From Rhizophagus irregularis (lineage: Eukaryota), in NCBI RefSeq assembly GCF_026210795.1, contig NC_089436.1:1984001-2048000 (forward strand): DNA of 64,000 nt, in the 5' to 3' direction. Shown here piece after piece: positions 42,197 to 54,962 of the stretch. The first letter of the stretch is position 1. Every line of letters starts with the position of its first letter. The position numbers were made by a program, and so were the translations under genes. The notes beneath the pieces were generated by a model. It was given only the letters and a program-made list of their open reading frames with translations, did no database searches and was not told where the DNA came from.

Positions 42197-44468
42197 TTAT
42201 TCTAGTCTGTATTTTTTGGATTTTTCAAAAAAATCAGGAACTCTATTTGATGCAAAGTACAATTGCCGATTTTCATGCTCTAACATTTCCAAAATTGCTG
42301 ATTTTCGCGAATTTCTATTCCCCCCATCTTTCAATGTGTTTTGAAAATATAGGCATACCTGCATATGATTTTTTTTTTCAACTGCAGAACACGAAAATGC
42401 TGCCAATCCAAACTTATGATGGATTTCAAGAAATTCTGCGACATGATTGCACAACACATGAATATATGGTGTTATATCCTGAATACGATACATGCCTCTA
42501 ACAAAATTACCTCTATTTGGATGTCCTGTGGAAGGAGCTGTAAATTCATCTAACCAAGATTTAGCCTTATAACGAAAAAATTCACCAGTTGTTTTTTTAT
42601 CTTGTATTAAATGATACAGTTCATTAAATTGATCCCATAAAGCACGGATTTGTATGGCTCGTGTTATTGATTGAAAAACAGCAAAAAGGTCAAATTCTTT
42701 TAGAACTTTTAATTTGTCTGGACCCATTAACGAAGTATAAGACAGATTATTTGTATTTTTTTCATGCCAAAATTGAAAGGGAATATTAAGTCTTTGCATT
42801 TCTGATAAAATTTTTCCTTTCCAAATTTCTTCATTTGCAGTCTCACGGCGAAGATCAGAAATCATTAGTTCCCACAATCTATCTGTTATTCGCAATAAAA
42901 TATGCAACTCGTCAACCACCCAATTTTGTAATGGTATCATATGAAATAAAGGTTCTTTGATATGGCCATTTATTTGTTTATAATTGACTTTAATATTATC
43001 CATTGATTTGTTAATTTTTTTTGAAGTAGTATTAATACCATTTTTATTACAATCACACCATGGACAGAAATACTGTGCATTAGCAGCATTCATTCCCAAA
43101 CAAATTGCTAAAAATTTCCAATCGGAACTGAAATACAGTTCTACAGGCCATTGGTTGCCACCTATTTGATTAAAACCTTTCTCTTTTAATATACATAAAT
43201 CAGAAATTAAAGGTGTTAATACATTCTTAAGAGACTCATATGTTTCAGCTCCCGGATATAAAACTAAAGTATAGTGATTATCTGGTTTTTGTAATCCACT
43301 TAAATCATTCAATAATGTCATTGTGACCATTACATGTTTCACTTTGCGTCCAACGTTACGCCCATCTCCTGAAATTCGAATATGTAATGTTGATTGTCTA
43401 GGAATTAAAATTCCTTTTTCAATATATAAGGGTATTATGTAGTTTAATATATCTGTTATACGACGTTGACCTCCTTTTCCAATTGATTCTAACATATTTG
43501 TAATAATTTCACTATCAGTAATATTTGGTTCTTCTCTAATTGGTTCAAATTTAGTCGGTTGCAATAAATCAACAAGAGTTAGTGGGACCTTTTTCTTCAT
43601 TTCTGCATTAATTTTTTGCCGCACATCACATACTGCCTTTTCACGTGGAAGATCTTCAATTCGTGCTAGAGATCGATAAGCTTCTCTTGATATATGGCCT
43701 TTATCCATAGATTTAACTACTGCTTCAATTTTTTTTATTTCCTCTATTTTATTCACCTTTCCAAAATTAATATCATATGCATCATCATCTATCTCAAATT
43801 TTATTTGTTTAAGTTTTACTTGATCATCTGGATGAAATGTATTGTCTCTTTCTCTTTCAACAATATCTAAAACACTTTGTGATAATCCAAGTATTCTGCG
43901 ACGTTTTTGAGAATTACCAAGATCAATAAATGGCCGAATTTTAAGATCTAGAGACATTGTTCTACGCACTCGTTCAACGCTAAGTAACTTGAGACCAAAA
44001 AGTAAAGGACCAGATATTTTTCCTTTATTTTCTTTATTTGACTGGTTCCTATTTCGATTTTTCTCCATTTCTTTCATTTCATTAAACTCCTAATAGTATA
44101 ACTAGTTAATATTCATTTCAACAATAAAAAATATTTTTAAAAAATAAGTGTACCTGATAATACTTGCAGGCAGCATCTGTAGATGTCTCCCAGGAATGTA
44201 CTTCTCTTGAAAAATTAACTCCAAAGCAAATTTTGTATAAAGGTTTTTTTTCCACATATTCAATTGAACATTCAACTGTATACATTGCTTTTCCATATTG
44301 GGTCTTGACAACATAATTATGAGGAATTGGGTGTTTAGGATTCCTGGTATAATGAAGTTGTTCTGTAAGAGGGTATGTTCCCTCTTTTATTATCTCGTAA
44401 AAATAGGTTCTTTTATTATCAAAAAGTTTTATAAATGAACTTTTAGGATAAGTGCCTTCTTCTTTCAT
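42197..44468 (-). CDS. RAG1/Transib-fold DDE transposase with FYR-like N-terminal domain (735 aa; exons 44468-44154 and 44089-42197)
   Basis: In order: IRISGDGR (D1), YFSSDWKFL (D2), YFCPWCD, VVDELHILLR, TSLMGP, LWDQF, ITPYIHVLCNHV, GLAAFSCSAVEKKNH (E). A 64-bp phase-0 GT-AG intron (44153-44090) joins the two ORFs in frame and is shared by copy 2. Confidence 0.85.
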
Positions 44469-47400
44469 AATTTATGTTTTATGTAATTATACTAGATCGT
44501 TAAACGTGAATGATTTACAAAAATAAAAAATGAATATATTAAAAAGTGTGAGAGAAATAAAATAAAAAAAAATTATTTGAAAAAGATTTAATAATAAAAA
44601 AAAATATTTATCTAACGCTAACTGCTAATATTTAAAAACTGCTGTGTAACACGTTATGTTTAGACTAATCCACATAAATAACAATTTCAAATTGTGCGAC
44701 TACAAATGACGCAAACGGCAAAAGTATAGTTACATAATGTTCATAATGTTATAAGTTATAACGCGTCAAAAATATATAATTACGTGGTTAGTCTTTAATT
44801 ATTTTTTTTTATTTTATTTTTTTTTATTATAACTGTTAACATAGTATTTATTACACTTATAAACGTTAACAGGTGAACCCTAAAAAAAATGTGATTAAAA
44901 AAGATGCGTCACTGACTCACTGTCAGATCAAAATTTGTTATGCTATTAAATCAAGATAAAAACCTGTATTCAATCCAAATTTAGTTATAAGCCTGATGAT
45001 CATTTCCCAAATTGAAAACTTAGCCTTATTATTCAATCTATTTATATACTGACAATTGTAATCTGAGATGCAGCAATCGATCTGAAGAATTCGTTACATA
45101 GTTAAAAAAAAAAAAAAAATTTTTATTTTGTAAGAACAGATAACCTGAAAAGTGTATATTATATATACGCCTCAGTAAGTTTCTAGGGAATATTTTTATT
45201 AAGTATTCTTTTCTTTATAGGAAATAGACCTGGAGACCTTGTATTTGCCATTTCTCTTTAATAAATTAAAGTTTGCCGAAGTAGTTCAAGAAAAGTTTAG
45301 CAAATTCAAAAATATTGAAATTACAAAAGCTATTAAAAAAAAAATAACATGATCTTACTATCAGAAGTCATCATGAGCTCCTAGTATACTATTTATATGG
45401 TGAGTAATTTCCCAGAATTTTATGCTTAGTTGGACAAGGGGGTTTCTAGCATTTCGAATTGTATATTTTTTTAGGTGGTTCTTTCGGTTTCCTTTTCCTT
45501 AGACGCAAAATTTTGGTTTTATTTTTATTTTTTCTTAAATTATTTTTGTTTAACAAATGATTTCCAACAGTTCGTTTACTTTCCTTTATCTGGGTGGTTC
45601 TCTTTGGATATGATTCTGGTAAGGTTAATTTCTATTTTTTGTATTTTATTTTAACATACTTTACTAACAGTTCTTTTTTTCCAGTTTTTTCATTTCTTTT
45701 AGATGTTGCCGATTCCCTTTTGAAATATGGGTGGTGTCCTTTTTTTTTTGTTTCCTTCTGTCTTGTTTTCTTTTGCCTTGTTATTAACTTTTGCCTTTCT
45801 TTTTTGTAGATTTTGTCTTTTTTTCTCTTATAGTTTTTGGCAGGTTTTTTTTTCGGATTTTTCTAGGTTTGCTGTTCTCTTGAGGTTATTTTTTTTTCTT
45901 TTTTGTTTCTTTTCATTTCATTACTAATTTTCATCTTGCTTTTTCATTTTTTTAGGTTCTAGTACTTTTTCTTAGATTTCTGTGGCTCTCTTTGCGGAAA
46001 TAGAGGTTGGTATTCTTTCACTTTTTTTATTTTACTGTCATTTTCTTTACTAATTTATCCTTTCTTTGGCTCTTCTTTTTTTAGGTGCTGGCGATTTTTC
46101 TTTTTTAAGCTTGACGGTTCTCTTTGGAAATAAAGGTTAATGTTCGATTTTTTTCATTATTTTTTTAGTTTCATTTTCTTTTACTAATGTTCATTTTGTT
46201 CATTTATTTCCTTTCTTTAGGTTTCAAACGGCTTGTTCTTAGGAATTCGTAAGTTCCAGTACTTTTTTCTTTATAATTTTAACAAAATTTTAACTAACAA
46301 TTCCTTTTTTTTCCTTTTTTATGCGGTCCTTTGGATTTCTTAGACGTGTGTAATGGTGTGTGATATTTTCTTCAACTTGTTTATTTACGAACTATTAACT
46401 AACAGATTTTTTCCTTTTTTAGGTAAATTTTCAGGCTCTTGGACACACGGAAATTTGGTGAGGGAGAGTTTTGACGAATGATTACTACATTTCGCTTTTT
46501 TAAACTATTTAAAAACATTTTTTTAACTTTTTTTATATTTTGTAGGAATGGTATCACATCGGAACCCTAGAGAAGCTTTTGAAGACGTCTTCAAAGAAAA
46601 TAATATATTAAGGTATTTTTTTTATTTGTAGGCTCCACATTTCTTTTCTTTGAACTACCTTTTAATGAAACTCTCATTAACGTTTCATTCATTCTTTTTT
46701 TTTAGATGGTTCTGAAGCATGGAATTTCGGTTAGAATTTGTCAATGACAGATTCAGAGATCTTGGGATGTTGTATTGGGTCATCATAGAGGTGTGATCCA
46801 AATCATCAAGATTAACTGGATTATCTGTCAGAACCTTTGGAACTGCCTTTGGTACTTTAAAGGTAAAGATGGCAGATTTTTTTTAATTAGGGACATTAGT
46901 AAAAGTTACTAACACCTCTTTATTTTTTTTTTCTTTATAGAGAGGGAGTCCTCCAGTATTAATGGAACAGCTTTTGAAAGGCATTTAAAGGGAATTTTTT
47001 AATCTGGATAATCCTGATCATTGATTATCCAGCTAATGGATTGATCAGATTCATCCAGATCGTACCTTAAAGGGAAGGATATATTTCGCTGCTTTCTTAT
47101 TGTTTATCTTATATAGCAAGTTTACAATTAGTGTGAAATCATTGTTGAGTAAAAAAATTTAGTTTAACAAAACACCTCATAATTAACTACATGTCAATCA
47201 ACAAAAATACATTATTATCTTTTATCTAATAGTAATTTACGTCATGAATGCATTATTTACTAATTAAATTTAAAAGCGTATGTAAAGTTAAACTAGTAAT
47301 ATACGTGGTTAAAGTAATTATTACATTGCAACGATTATAGCGATAATCTTAAAGTAGCCGCTAGAAATTTATTTTTTATTAATTTAAAATCTTCATATTT

Positions 47401-48260
47401 TAATATAATGTTAATTTTAGCCAAAATTACGCTAATTCCGGCCAAATTTTAAATCGAACCAAACTGTATTTTTTAAAAGTCAAATATACTTATCAGATTA
47501 TTGTATTACATATTCTATTTTTGCTGCATCTTTGTTACTATAAAATTCAACGTATTTTGATGATGAATCAAATTCGCCGATATGAACTGTTCGGTTTTCT
47601 TTTTAGGTGGTTTTTGAGTCTCTGAATCTGAAATATTAAATAGTAAGTGAAAAATGTTTTTTTTTGTTTATTTTAACGAACATTACTAACTGTTTATTTT
47701 TCTTTCTTTTTTTTAAGAATTTTTTTAAATCTCTAGATATAGAAGCATAGTAAGTAAAAAAGCTAAAGATTTTTTACTTTAACGAACATTTCTAATTGTC
47801 GTTTCTTATTTTTTAGGTATGTGTGTAAATCTTCGCATTGTTCTAGCTTTTCATTAACCTAAAAAAATAAAAAATAAACAATTAGTAATGTTTATTAATA
47901 TAAAAAAAAATTAAAAACATTTTCTTTTACTTACTGGCATTCCACATTGCCACATCTAATATAAAAACTCAAAAACCTGTTAAAAAATGAACAATTAGTA
48001 ATGTTCGTCAAATTAAATAAAAAACTAAAAAATTTTTTTTTATTTTTATTGTTCTTTTTTATTATAACGTAATTTACTAACAATTTATTATTTTCTTTTT
48101 TTAAGGGTAAAAATGTAAAACAAATCTTTGAACATTTCTATAAGAGGACAATATCATTCTATACATCATAACTTTTAATAATAATTTTAAAAATTACTAT
48201 AATTAGATGGGTCTTAGTATTTTATTAAGGAAACCGGTTTTATTTAATATTCTTGATTAA

Positions 48261-48551
48261 GGACCCCGGATATCTAATATAAAGGTCATAATGGACTTTT
48301 GGCCAAAAACACCCCTTTTTGCTGAAACTCAAAAAATCGTTTTTTGTAAATATCTCAGCATCCAGTAATTCAATTTTAATGAACTTTTTTTATTTTGTAG
48401 CCTCATTTAGCTCTACAATTTAAAAAAAGTTCATCAAAATTGGACCACTGGATGCCGAGATATTTACAAAAAACGATTTTTTGAGCCCTGAAAAATGGGC
48501 CAATCTGCCGAAAGTGTGACTTATGACCTGTTTTGGAGATATCCAGGGTCC
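48261..48551. mobile_element. Foldback MITE (291 bp) with 8-10 bp target duplication
   Basis: GGACCCCGGATATCT ... AGATATCCAGGGTCC termini, TCTTGATTAA on both flanks, and a long internal inverted repeat around TTGTAGCCTCATTTAGCTCTACAA. Confidence 0.85.
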
Positions 48552-48671
48552 TCTTGATTAATTAGCTTAGAAAGGACATGTAATAATATATGGGAAATAA
48601 TAAATAAACATATTAATAATAATAAATAAAATAATTAAAATTGGCCAATATAATAACAGATAAATATGATA

Positions 48672-49995
48672 CAGTTCCCGGCGAAAAGAATGGCGGTGGG
48701 AATATTACTTCTTTTTTGAACTGTAACATGGCCATTTTCCCGATTTGGAATTTATTAATTGTTTCCAAATTGGTCAGTGACATATACCTTAAAAATAACA
48801 AGAAAAAAAATAAATGAAAAAAGTAACTTTCTTGATGTTTTTCCTCTCAAAATGACATTAACCACCTTTGAAAAAAACAGAAATGCTGTTAATCTTCTCT
48901 GGGGGCAAAATATCCGAAATGCAAGAGAAATTTCACAAATAACAGGAGTTTCCCTACGCTCCTGTGAACGATATGTCAGTTCCTTAAAAAAAATGGTAAG
49001 ATTATTGTACATCAGTCCTCTGGTCGACCACGAAAATTAACCCCCAGAAAATGCCGCCATATTGGGAAGATCGTCAAACGCAATCATTTCACTATAGCAG
49101 GTGAAATGAAAGCCCAACTTGAAGAAAAAAATCCTGAGCTTGAGGTTAGTGAACGTACCATACGTCGTGAGCTTAAAAACCTTGGATTTGCTTCTGTTCT
49201 CCCTAGAAGGGTTCCTCTTTTGACACAAAAAGCAAAAGAGTAACCATTGATTGTCAGGCGCCAACGAACATGCGAACTTTAATTAGAAAAAAGTAGTTTT
49301 TTCCGATGAAACTACACTCCAAATGTTTTGTAACACCCTTCCTGCATGGTCACGTGATGCAAAACCAATTGCTCCGATGGTAAAACATCCATTTAAAGTT
49401 CATGTTTGGGGTGCAATCAGCATTAAGGGAAAAATCGCCATGCACATGTTCACTGAAAATTTGGATCGTCATTTATACCTTCGAATTTTGAATGAGCATT
49501 TATATGATAATGCAAATGAAGTACATAGTAGTCGATGGGTCTTTCAACAAGATAATGACCTGAAACACACTTCCCGTGATGTTCAAAATGATTTGAGAGC
49601 TCACCTTCCAGGTCGGATCCTTCCTTGGCCTTCATACAGCCCAGATCTCAACCCCATTGAGAATGTGTGGGCTGTTTTAAAGAAAAATGTTGAGAAAAAG
49701 GTCAAGAGTATGGTCGCACAAAAAAAATATTTCGAAAAATAATTTTCTTGACTTAATTAGGAAGGAATGGGACGATCTTGATAATACCGTAATTATTAAT
49801 TGCGTTAAAAGCATGCCACATCGTATTAAAGCATGTATTGATGCAAATGGAGGCCATACCAAATATTAATTTAATAATAAAATATATGTATTTTTTGTCC
49901 ATCTTTCAGAATATAAAAAAATATTTTAATGATTTATTATTACAATTTGCATATATTATTAAAAAATTGACCGCCATTCTTTTCGCCGGGGACTG
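48672..49995 (+). mobile_element. Tc1/IS630-family transposon (1324 bp) with disrupted DD35E transposase (~48852-49869)
   Basis: TA|CAGTTCCCGGCGAAAAGAATGGCGGT ... ACCGCCATTCTTTTCGCCGGGGACTG|TA. Motifs VVFSDET, VHVWGAIS, FQQDND, WPSYSPDLNPIENVW, CIDANGGHTKY. Frameshifts and stops present. Confidence 0.93.
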
Positions 49996-50947
49996 TAAAT
50001 AAAATATCCTTGAGGATTTCTTATTAGTAAATTTAGGATCTTTAAGGATTCTATAGAATTCTTTTGATAGGGAATCCTCGCTGGTGGGGAAGATTCCTTA
50101 GGGATCCTTACTAATTACAGGATTTTTGGAATCCCTAAGGATCCGCACTCCAAAAAATTTACTGATATAAGTATAAAATTTTTTTTTTCTGCAATGCATT
50201 TGATAGTTTATTAAACAGCAAAAAGAATCAGAAAATACATAAAGTAAATAAAACTTAATCTAACTATCTAATATTATTAATTACCAAACCACTTGTCATG
50301 CTATAGAGCACCTCATGTGTGCACTATTGGGTGAAATTTTTGCTTAGAGAGTATAATTCGTTTAGAAACAGCCATTTTTAGCATAAATGCCCCTTTTTCT
50401 ACACAAGGCATTCACAGGATCCACATCACAAATTAAAATTAATACTTATTTTAAGTATATTTTAATAAAATTTTAAGTATATTTTAATAAATTTTAAGTA
50501 TATTTTAAGTATAAATACTTTTTATGGGATAGACAACTTTAGACTTTAACTTTATTTCTAAATAAAGTAAATAATAAGCAAATAAAAATAAAAAGAGATA
50601 TCATATGCGCGAATTTAGTTCATTTGAATTTAATTGACAAAGTTGCCTTTAGCGGTCCTTTACGTAATACTAATATGATCGGCATTCATGTGTTTTTATG
50701 TCATATGATTATAAAGACCAGTTAATAAAAAAAATTTTCCGTTCAACTAATCGTAAAACAAAAATAACTTAATGAAAAATATGCGTTCAACCCATCTAAC
50801 CACTATACAACCCATCCAACTAACTTCGGTATATACTTCAGCATAAACCCGGCGTAATTTTTTTATAAAACTTACTGAAATTGTTAGTTTTCTCTACTTT
50901 TTTTTTAGTTATTCGTTTACTTATAGAATTTTATTTTTTTTTAAGTA

Positions 50948-51562
50948 ATGTCTACCCGAGATTCAACTAGGTTATATTGTTCAATCTGCAAAAGGCGTGT
51001 TAAAGGGTTCAAAAATCGCTCAGGTCTACAAAGACACGAAACATTAAAATATGTATCTTACAATACACTTCCTTCACATATTCAACCAGTTTCAGAATCC
51101 GAGCTTTCACACTTGAAAAAAGCTATAATTAAAGAATTACAAAAACGTCTTAAAAACCATCATACTGCTGTTGGGAAACAAGTATTTTCGATACATTGTA
51201 GTGAAGATGCCTTCGTTGGTATTTTTAGAAACCATATAACGCGTTACTCTCTATGTGGGTCTTCTTATTTATGTATCTTTAAGGGAGAAAAGGCCTTTGA
51301 TGAAGTTGGAAAAGTCTTAGATGACAAAAATTGGGGTGAGCGCAATTATGGAGGAGGACAATTGAATTTTGTTCGTTTGTATATGCCTGAAAGTGAAAAT
51401 AACAGTTATGATCAAAATGCAAAAAAATTAAAATCAAAATTAGTTTATAATGGAGAAATGACCGTTAAATGAAAGGTGACGGGAGGTAGAGACAAAGAGA
51501 ACCATAAATTTGAAGCGGATTTAGCTCAATTTCATTTTTTTTTAGACCAATGTCAAATTTAA
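50948..51562 (+). pseudogene. Zinc-finger partner gene, copy 2
   Basis: Colinear with 41457-42071. The last Zn ligand is H->Y and TGG->TGA gives a stop at 51470-51472. Confidence 0.85.
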
Positions 51563-51736
51563 AGAAAATTTTATAAACTTATGTAATTAGGTTTTTATTA
51601 TGATAACGATGGAATGAACTATTATCAATTGAAAAAAAATTACATAGATATAGTATTAGTTCAATTGCCCATAATAAAAATTACTTGATCCCGAAAAAAT
51701 TTTTTTCTTTTTTATTGTCAAACAAATAAAATCCTA

Positions 51737-54700
51737 TTATTGTAACCTATATTTTTTGGATTTTTTTAGAAAATTAGGAACTTTATTTGATGCAAAATAT
51801 AATTGCCGATTTTCATGCTCTAGCATTTCTAAGATTGCTGATTTTTGTGAATTTTTATTCCCCCCATCTTTCAATGTATTTTGAAAATAAAGGCACACCT
51901 GCATATGGTTCATTTTTTCTACTGGTGAACATAAAAATGCAGCCAATCCAAACTCATGATGGATTTCAAGAAACTCTGCGGCATGATTACATAAAACATG
52001 AATGTATGGTGTTATATCTTGGACACGATACATACCTCTAACAAAATTACTTCTATTTGGATGTCCTGTGAAGGAGCTGTAAATGCATCTAACCAAGATT
52101 TGGCCTTATAACGAAAAAATTCGCCTGTTGTTTTCTTGTCTTGCATTAAATGATATAGTTCATTAAATTGATCCCACAAAGCACGAATTTGTATAGCTCT
52201 CGTTATTGATTGAAAAACAGCAAAAAGATCAAATCCTTTGAGGATTTTTAATTTGTCTGGACCCATCAGCGAAGTGTATAATAAATTATTGGTATTTTTT
52301 TCTACGCCAAAATTGAAATGATATGTTAAGCCTTTGCATTTCCAATAAAATTTTGGCTTTCCAAATTTCTTCATCTGCAGTTTCACGGCGAAGATCAGAA
52401 ATCATTAGCTTCCACAATCTATCTGTTATCCGCAAAAAAATATGCAATTCATCAACTACCCAATTTTGTAGCGTATCATATAAAATAATGGTTCTTTGAT
52501 GTGGCCATTTATTTGTTTGTAATTAATTTTAATATCATCCATTGATTTGTTAATTGTTTTTGACGTAGTAATAATATCATTTTTGCTACAATCACACCAA
52601 GGACAAAAGTATTGTGCGTTAGCAGCTTTCATTCCCAAATAAATTGCCAAAAATTTCCAATCGAAACTGAAATACAATTCTACTGGCCAATGATTACCAC
52701 CTATTTGATAAAAACCTCTCTCTTTTAATACATTTAAATCAGAAATTAAAGGAGCTAGTGCATTTCTAAGAGAATCATATGTTTCAGCACCTGGATATAA
52801 AACTAATGTGTAGTGATTATCTGGTTTCTGTAATCCATTTAGATCATTTAATAATGTCATTGTTATCATGACGTGTTTTACTTTGCGTCCCACATTACGA
52901 CCATCTCCTGAAATTCGAATATGTAAAGTTGATCTTCTAGGAATTAAAATTCCTTTTTCAATATATAATGGTATAATGTAATTTAAAATATCTGTTATAC
53001 GGCGCGTCCTCCTTTGCCAATTGATTCCAACATATTCATAATAATTGTACTATCAGTAATATCTGGATTTCCTGTAATTGGTTCAAATGCAGTTGGTTGT
53101 AACAAATCAACTAGAGTCATTGGAACTTTTTTTTCATTTCTGCATTGATTTTTTGTCGGAATCACATATTACATTTTCACGTGGAAGATCTTCAATTCGT
53201 GCCAGAGATCGATAAGCTTCTCTTGAGATATGGCCCCTATCCAAAGACTTAACCACTGCTTCAATTTTTTTCATTTCCTCTATTTTACCCAACTTTCCAA
53301 AATTAATTTCATATATATCATCATAAGTTTCAAATTTTATTTGTTTAAGCTTTATTTGATCATCTGGATGAAATGTACAGTCAACTCCCTCTATAGTTAC
53401 TCCCGTTATAGTCACATTCTACTATATAGTCACACCAGTTGAATGTTCAAAACACTTTATTATTAAAAATTATCCTATATAGTCACAATCTATCTATAGT
53501 CACTATCACACCTATCCTCAAAAATCTTATATTAAAAAGAACTGTTTATAATCACAGTTATATAAAGAATATATTAAATAACTTGGCATCTAATAATCGT
53601 ACAAAGATGTATCATATCTTGTTAGAATCGTCTCACTGAGACGAATCGAATGGTGGTAGTTTTATCCTTTTCCGATCACTGGCTGACGAGTTATTCAACA
53701 AAATGTTAAACATCGGCATTATAATATTTCTTGATTTACGTTTTACTGCGCCATTTAACATTTTGCTAGATTTCTCGGTACCTAGTGATTGTAAAAAGAC
53801 GATTTATAGCTCGTTGGAATCGCCTCATCGAGACGAATCGAATGGTGGTAAGCACATCTCTCTGTGATCAATATTAACGGAGTTATTACTTAAAAACCAT
53901 TTAATATTTTTTAATTTCGGAAATTGATCTAGTGATTGGATTTCGATGTATCTTATACCATTAGATTCGTCTCATCAAGACGAATCGAATGGTAGTAAGA
54001 TCGTCTTTCTAGAATCAATATTGACAGAGTTATTACACAAAAACCATTAATATTTTTTTAATTTCGGAAATTAATCTAGTGATTGGATTTCGACGTATTT
54101 TATACCATTAGAACCGTCTCATCAAGACGAATCGAATGGCGGTAAGATCATCTCTCTACGATTAATATTGGCGAAGTTACGATACAATAAAGTTTTAAGT
54201 ATAATTCTGGCTAAAATTATGTTAATTTTTGGCCAGAATTATGATATACAAATATAAGAAATTTTTTATATAGTCACATCTCTTTATAATCACCAAATAT
54301 GGACTGTCCCAAATGTGTGACTATAAAGAGAGTTGACTGTATTTCCTTTTTCTTTTTCAACTATATCTAGGACACGTTGTGACAATCCAAGTATTTTGCG
54401 ACGTTTTTGAGAATTACCAAGTTCATCAAATGGACGAATTTTAAGGTCTAAAGACATTGTTTTGCGCACTCGTTCAACACTCAGTAACTTGAGGCCAAAA
54501 AGTAAAGGACCAGATATTTTTCCTTTATTCTTTCTATTTGACTGGTTTCTATTTTGATTTTTTCCAATCTCTTTCGTTTTATTAAACTTCTAATTGTATA
54601 AATTAATTAACATTATTTGTTAAATATTTTTTTTCAAATAAGTGTACCTGGTAGTACTTGCAGGCAGCATCTGTCAGAGACTCCCAGGAATGTACCTCTC

Positions 54701-54962
54701 TTGCAAAATTATCCCCAAAGCAAATTTTATATAAAAGCCTTTTTTCCATATATTCAATTGAACATTTAACTGTATGCATTGCTTTGCCATATTGGGTCTT
54801 GACAATATAATTATGAGGAATGGGATGTTTCAGATTTTTGGTATAATAAAGTTGTTCAACAAGAGGATATGTTCCTTCTTTTATGATCTCATAAAAAAAA
54901 GTTCTTTTATTATCAAAAAGCTTTATAAATACACTTTTGGGATAAGTGCTTTTTTCTATCAT
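51737..54962 (-). pseudogene. RAG1-like transposase, copy 2
   Basis: Colinear fragments of 42197-44468 in shifting frames, interrupted by the MITE at 53378-54339. Confidence 0.88.
53378..54339. mobile_element. Tc1/pogo-type MITE (962 bp) with internal tandem palindromic motifs
   Basis: TA|CAGTCAACTCCCTCTATAGT ... ACTATAAAGAGAGTTGACTG|TA. Copy 1 shows the empty site (GAAATGTATTGTC), confirming the TA duplication. GACGAATCGAATGG occurs at 53640, 53832, 53979 and 54126. Confidence 0.92.

Larger units (their letters stand above)
41112..47584. mobile_element. RAG1/Transib/Chapaev-like two-gene TIR DNA transposon, copy 1 (6473 bp, both ORFs intact)
   Basis: Left end CATATGGGCGAGTTTAGTTCAT; right end reverse complement CATATCGGCGAATTTGATTCAT. 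Similarity to copy 2 starts and stops exactly at these ends, and the element splits a flanking repeat unit. Confidence 0.85.

Noticed and set aside
45594..45927. Hydrophobic Phe-rich ORFs
   Set aside because: They arise from T-tracts of intron-like sequence and are not conserved in copy 2.
50010..50150. Cluster of GGATCC/GAATCC short palindromes
   Set aside because: Probably a decayed TE end, but no partner terminus or TSD could be defined.
53610..54150. Regularly spaced palindromes as a CRISPR array or integron cassettes
   Set aside because: The intervening 147-bp sequences are themselves copies of one another and lie inside a TA-flanked MITE.
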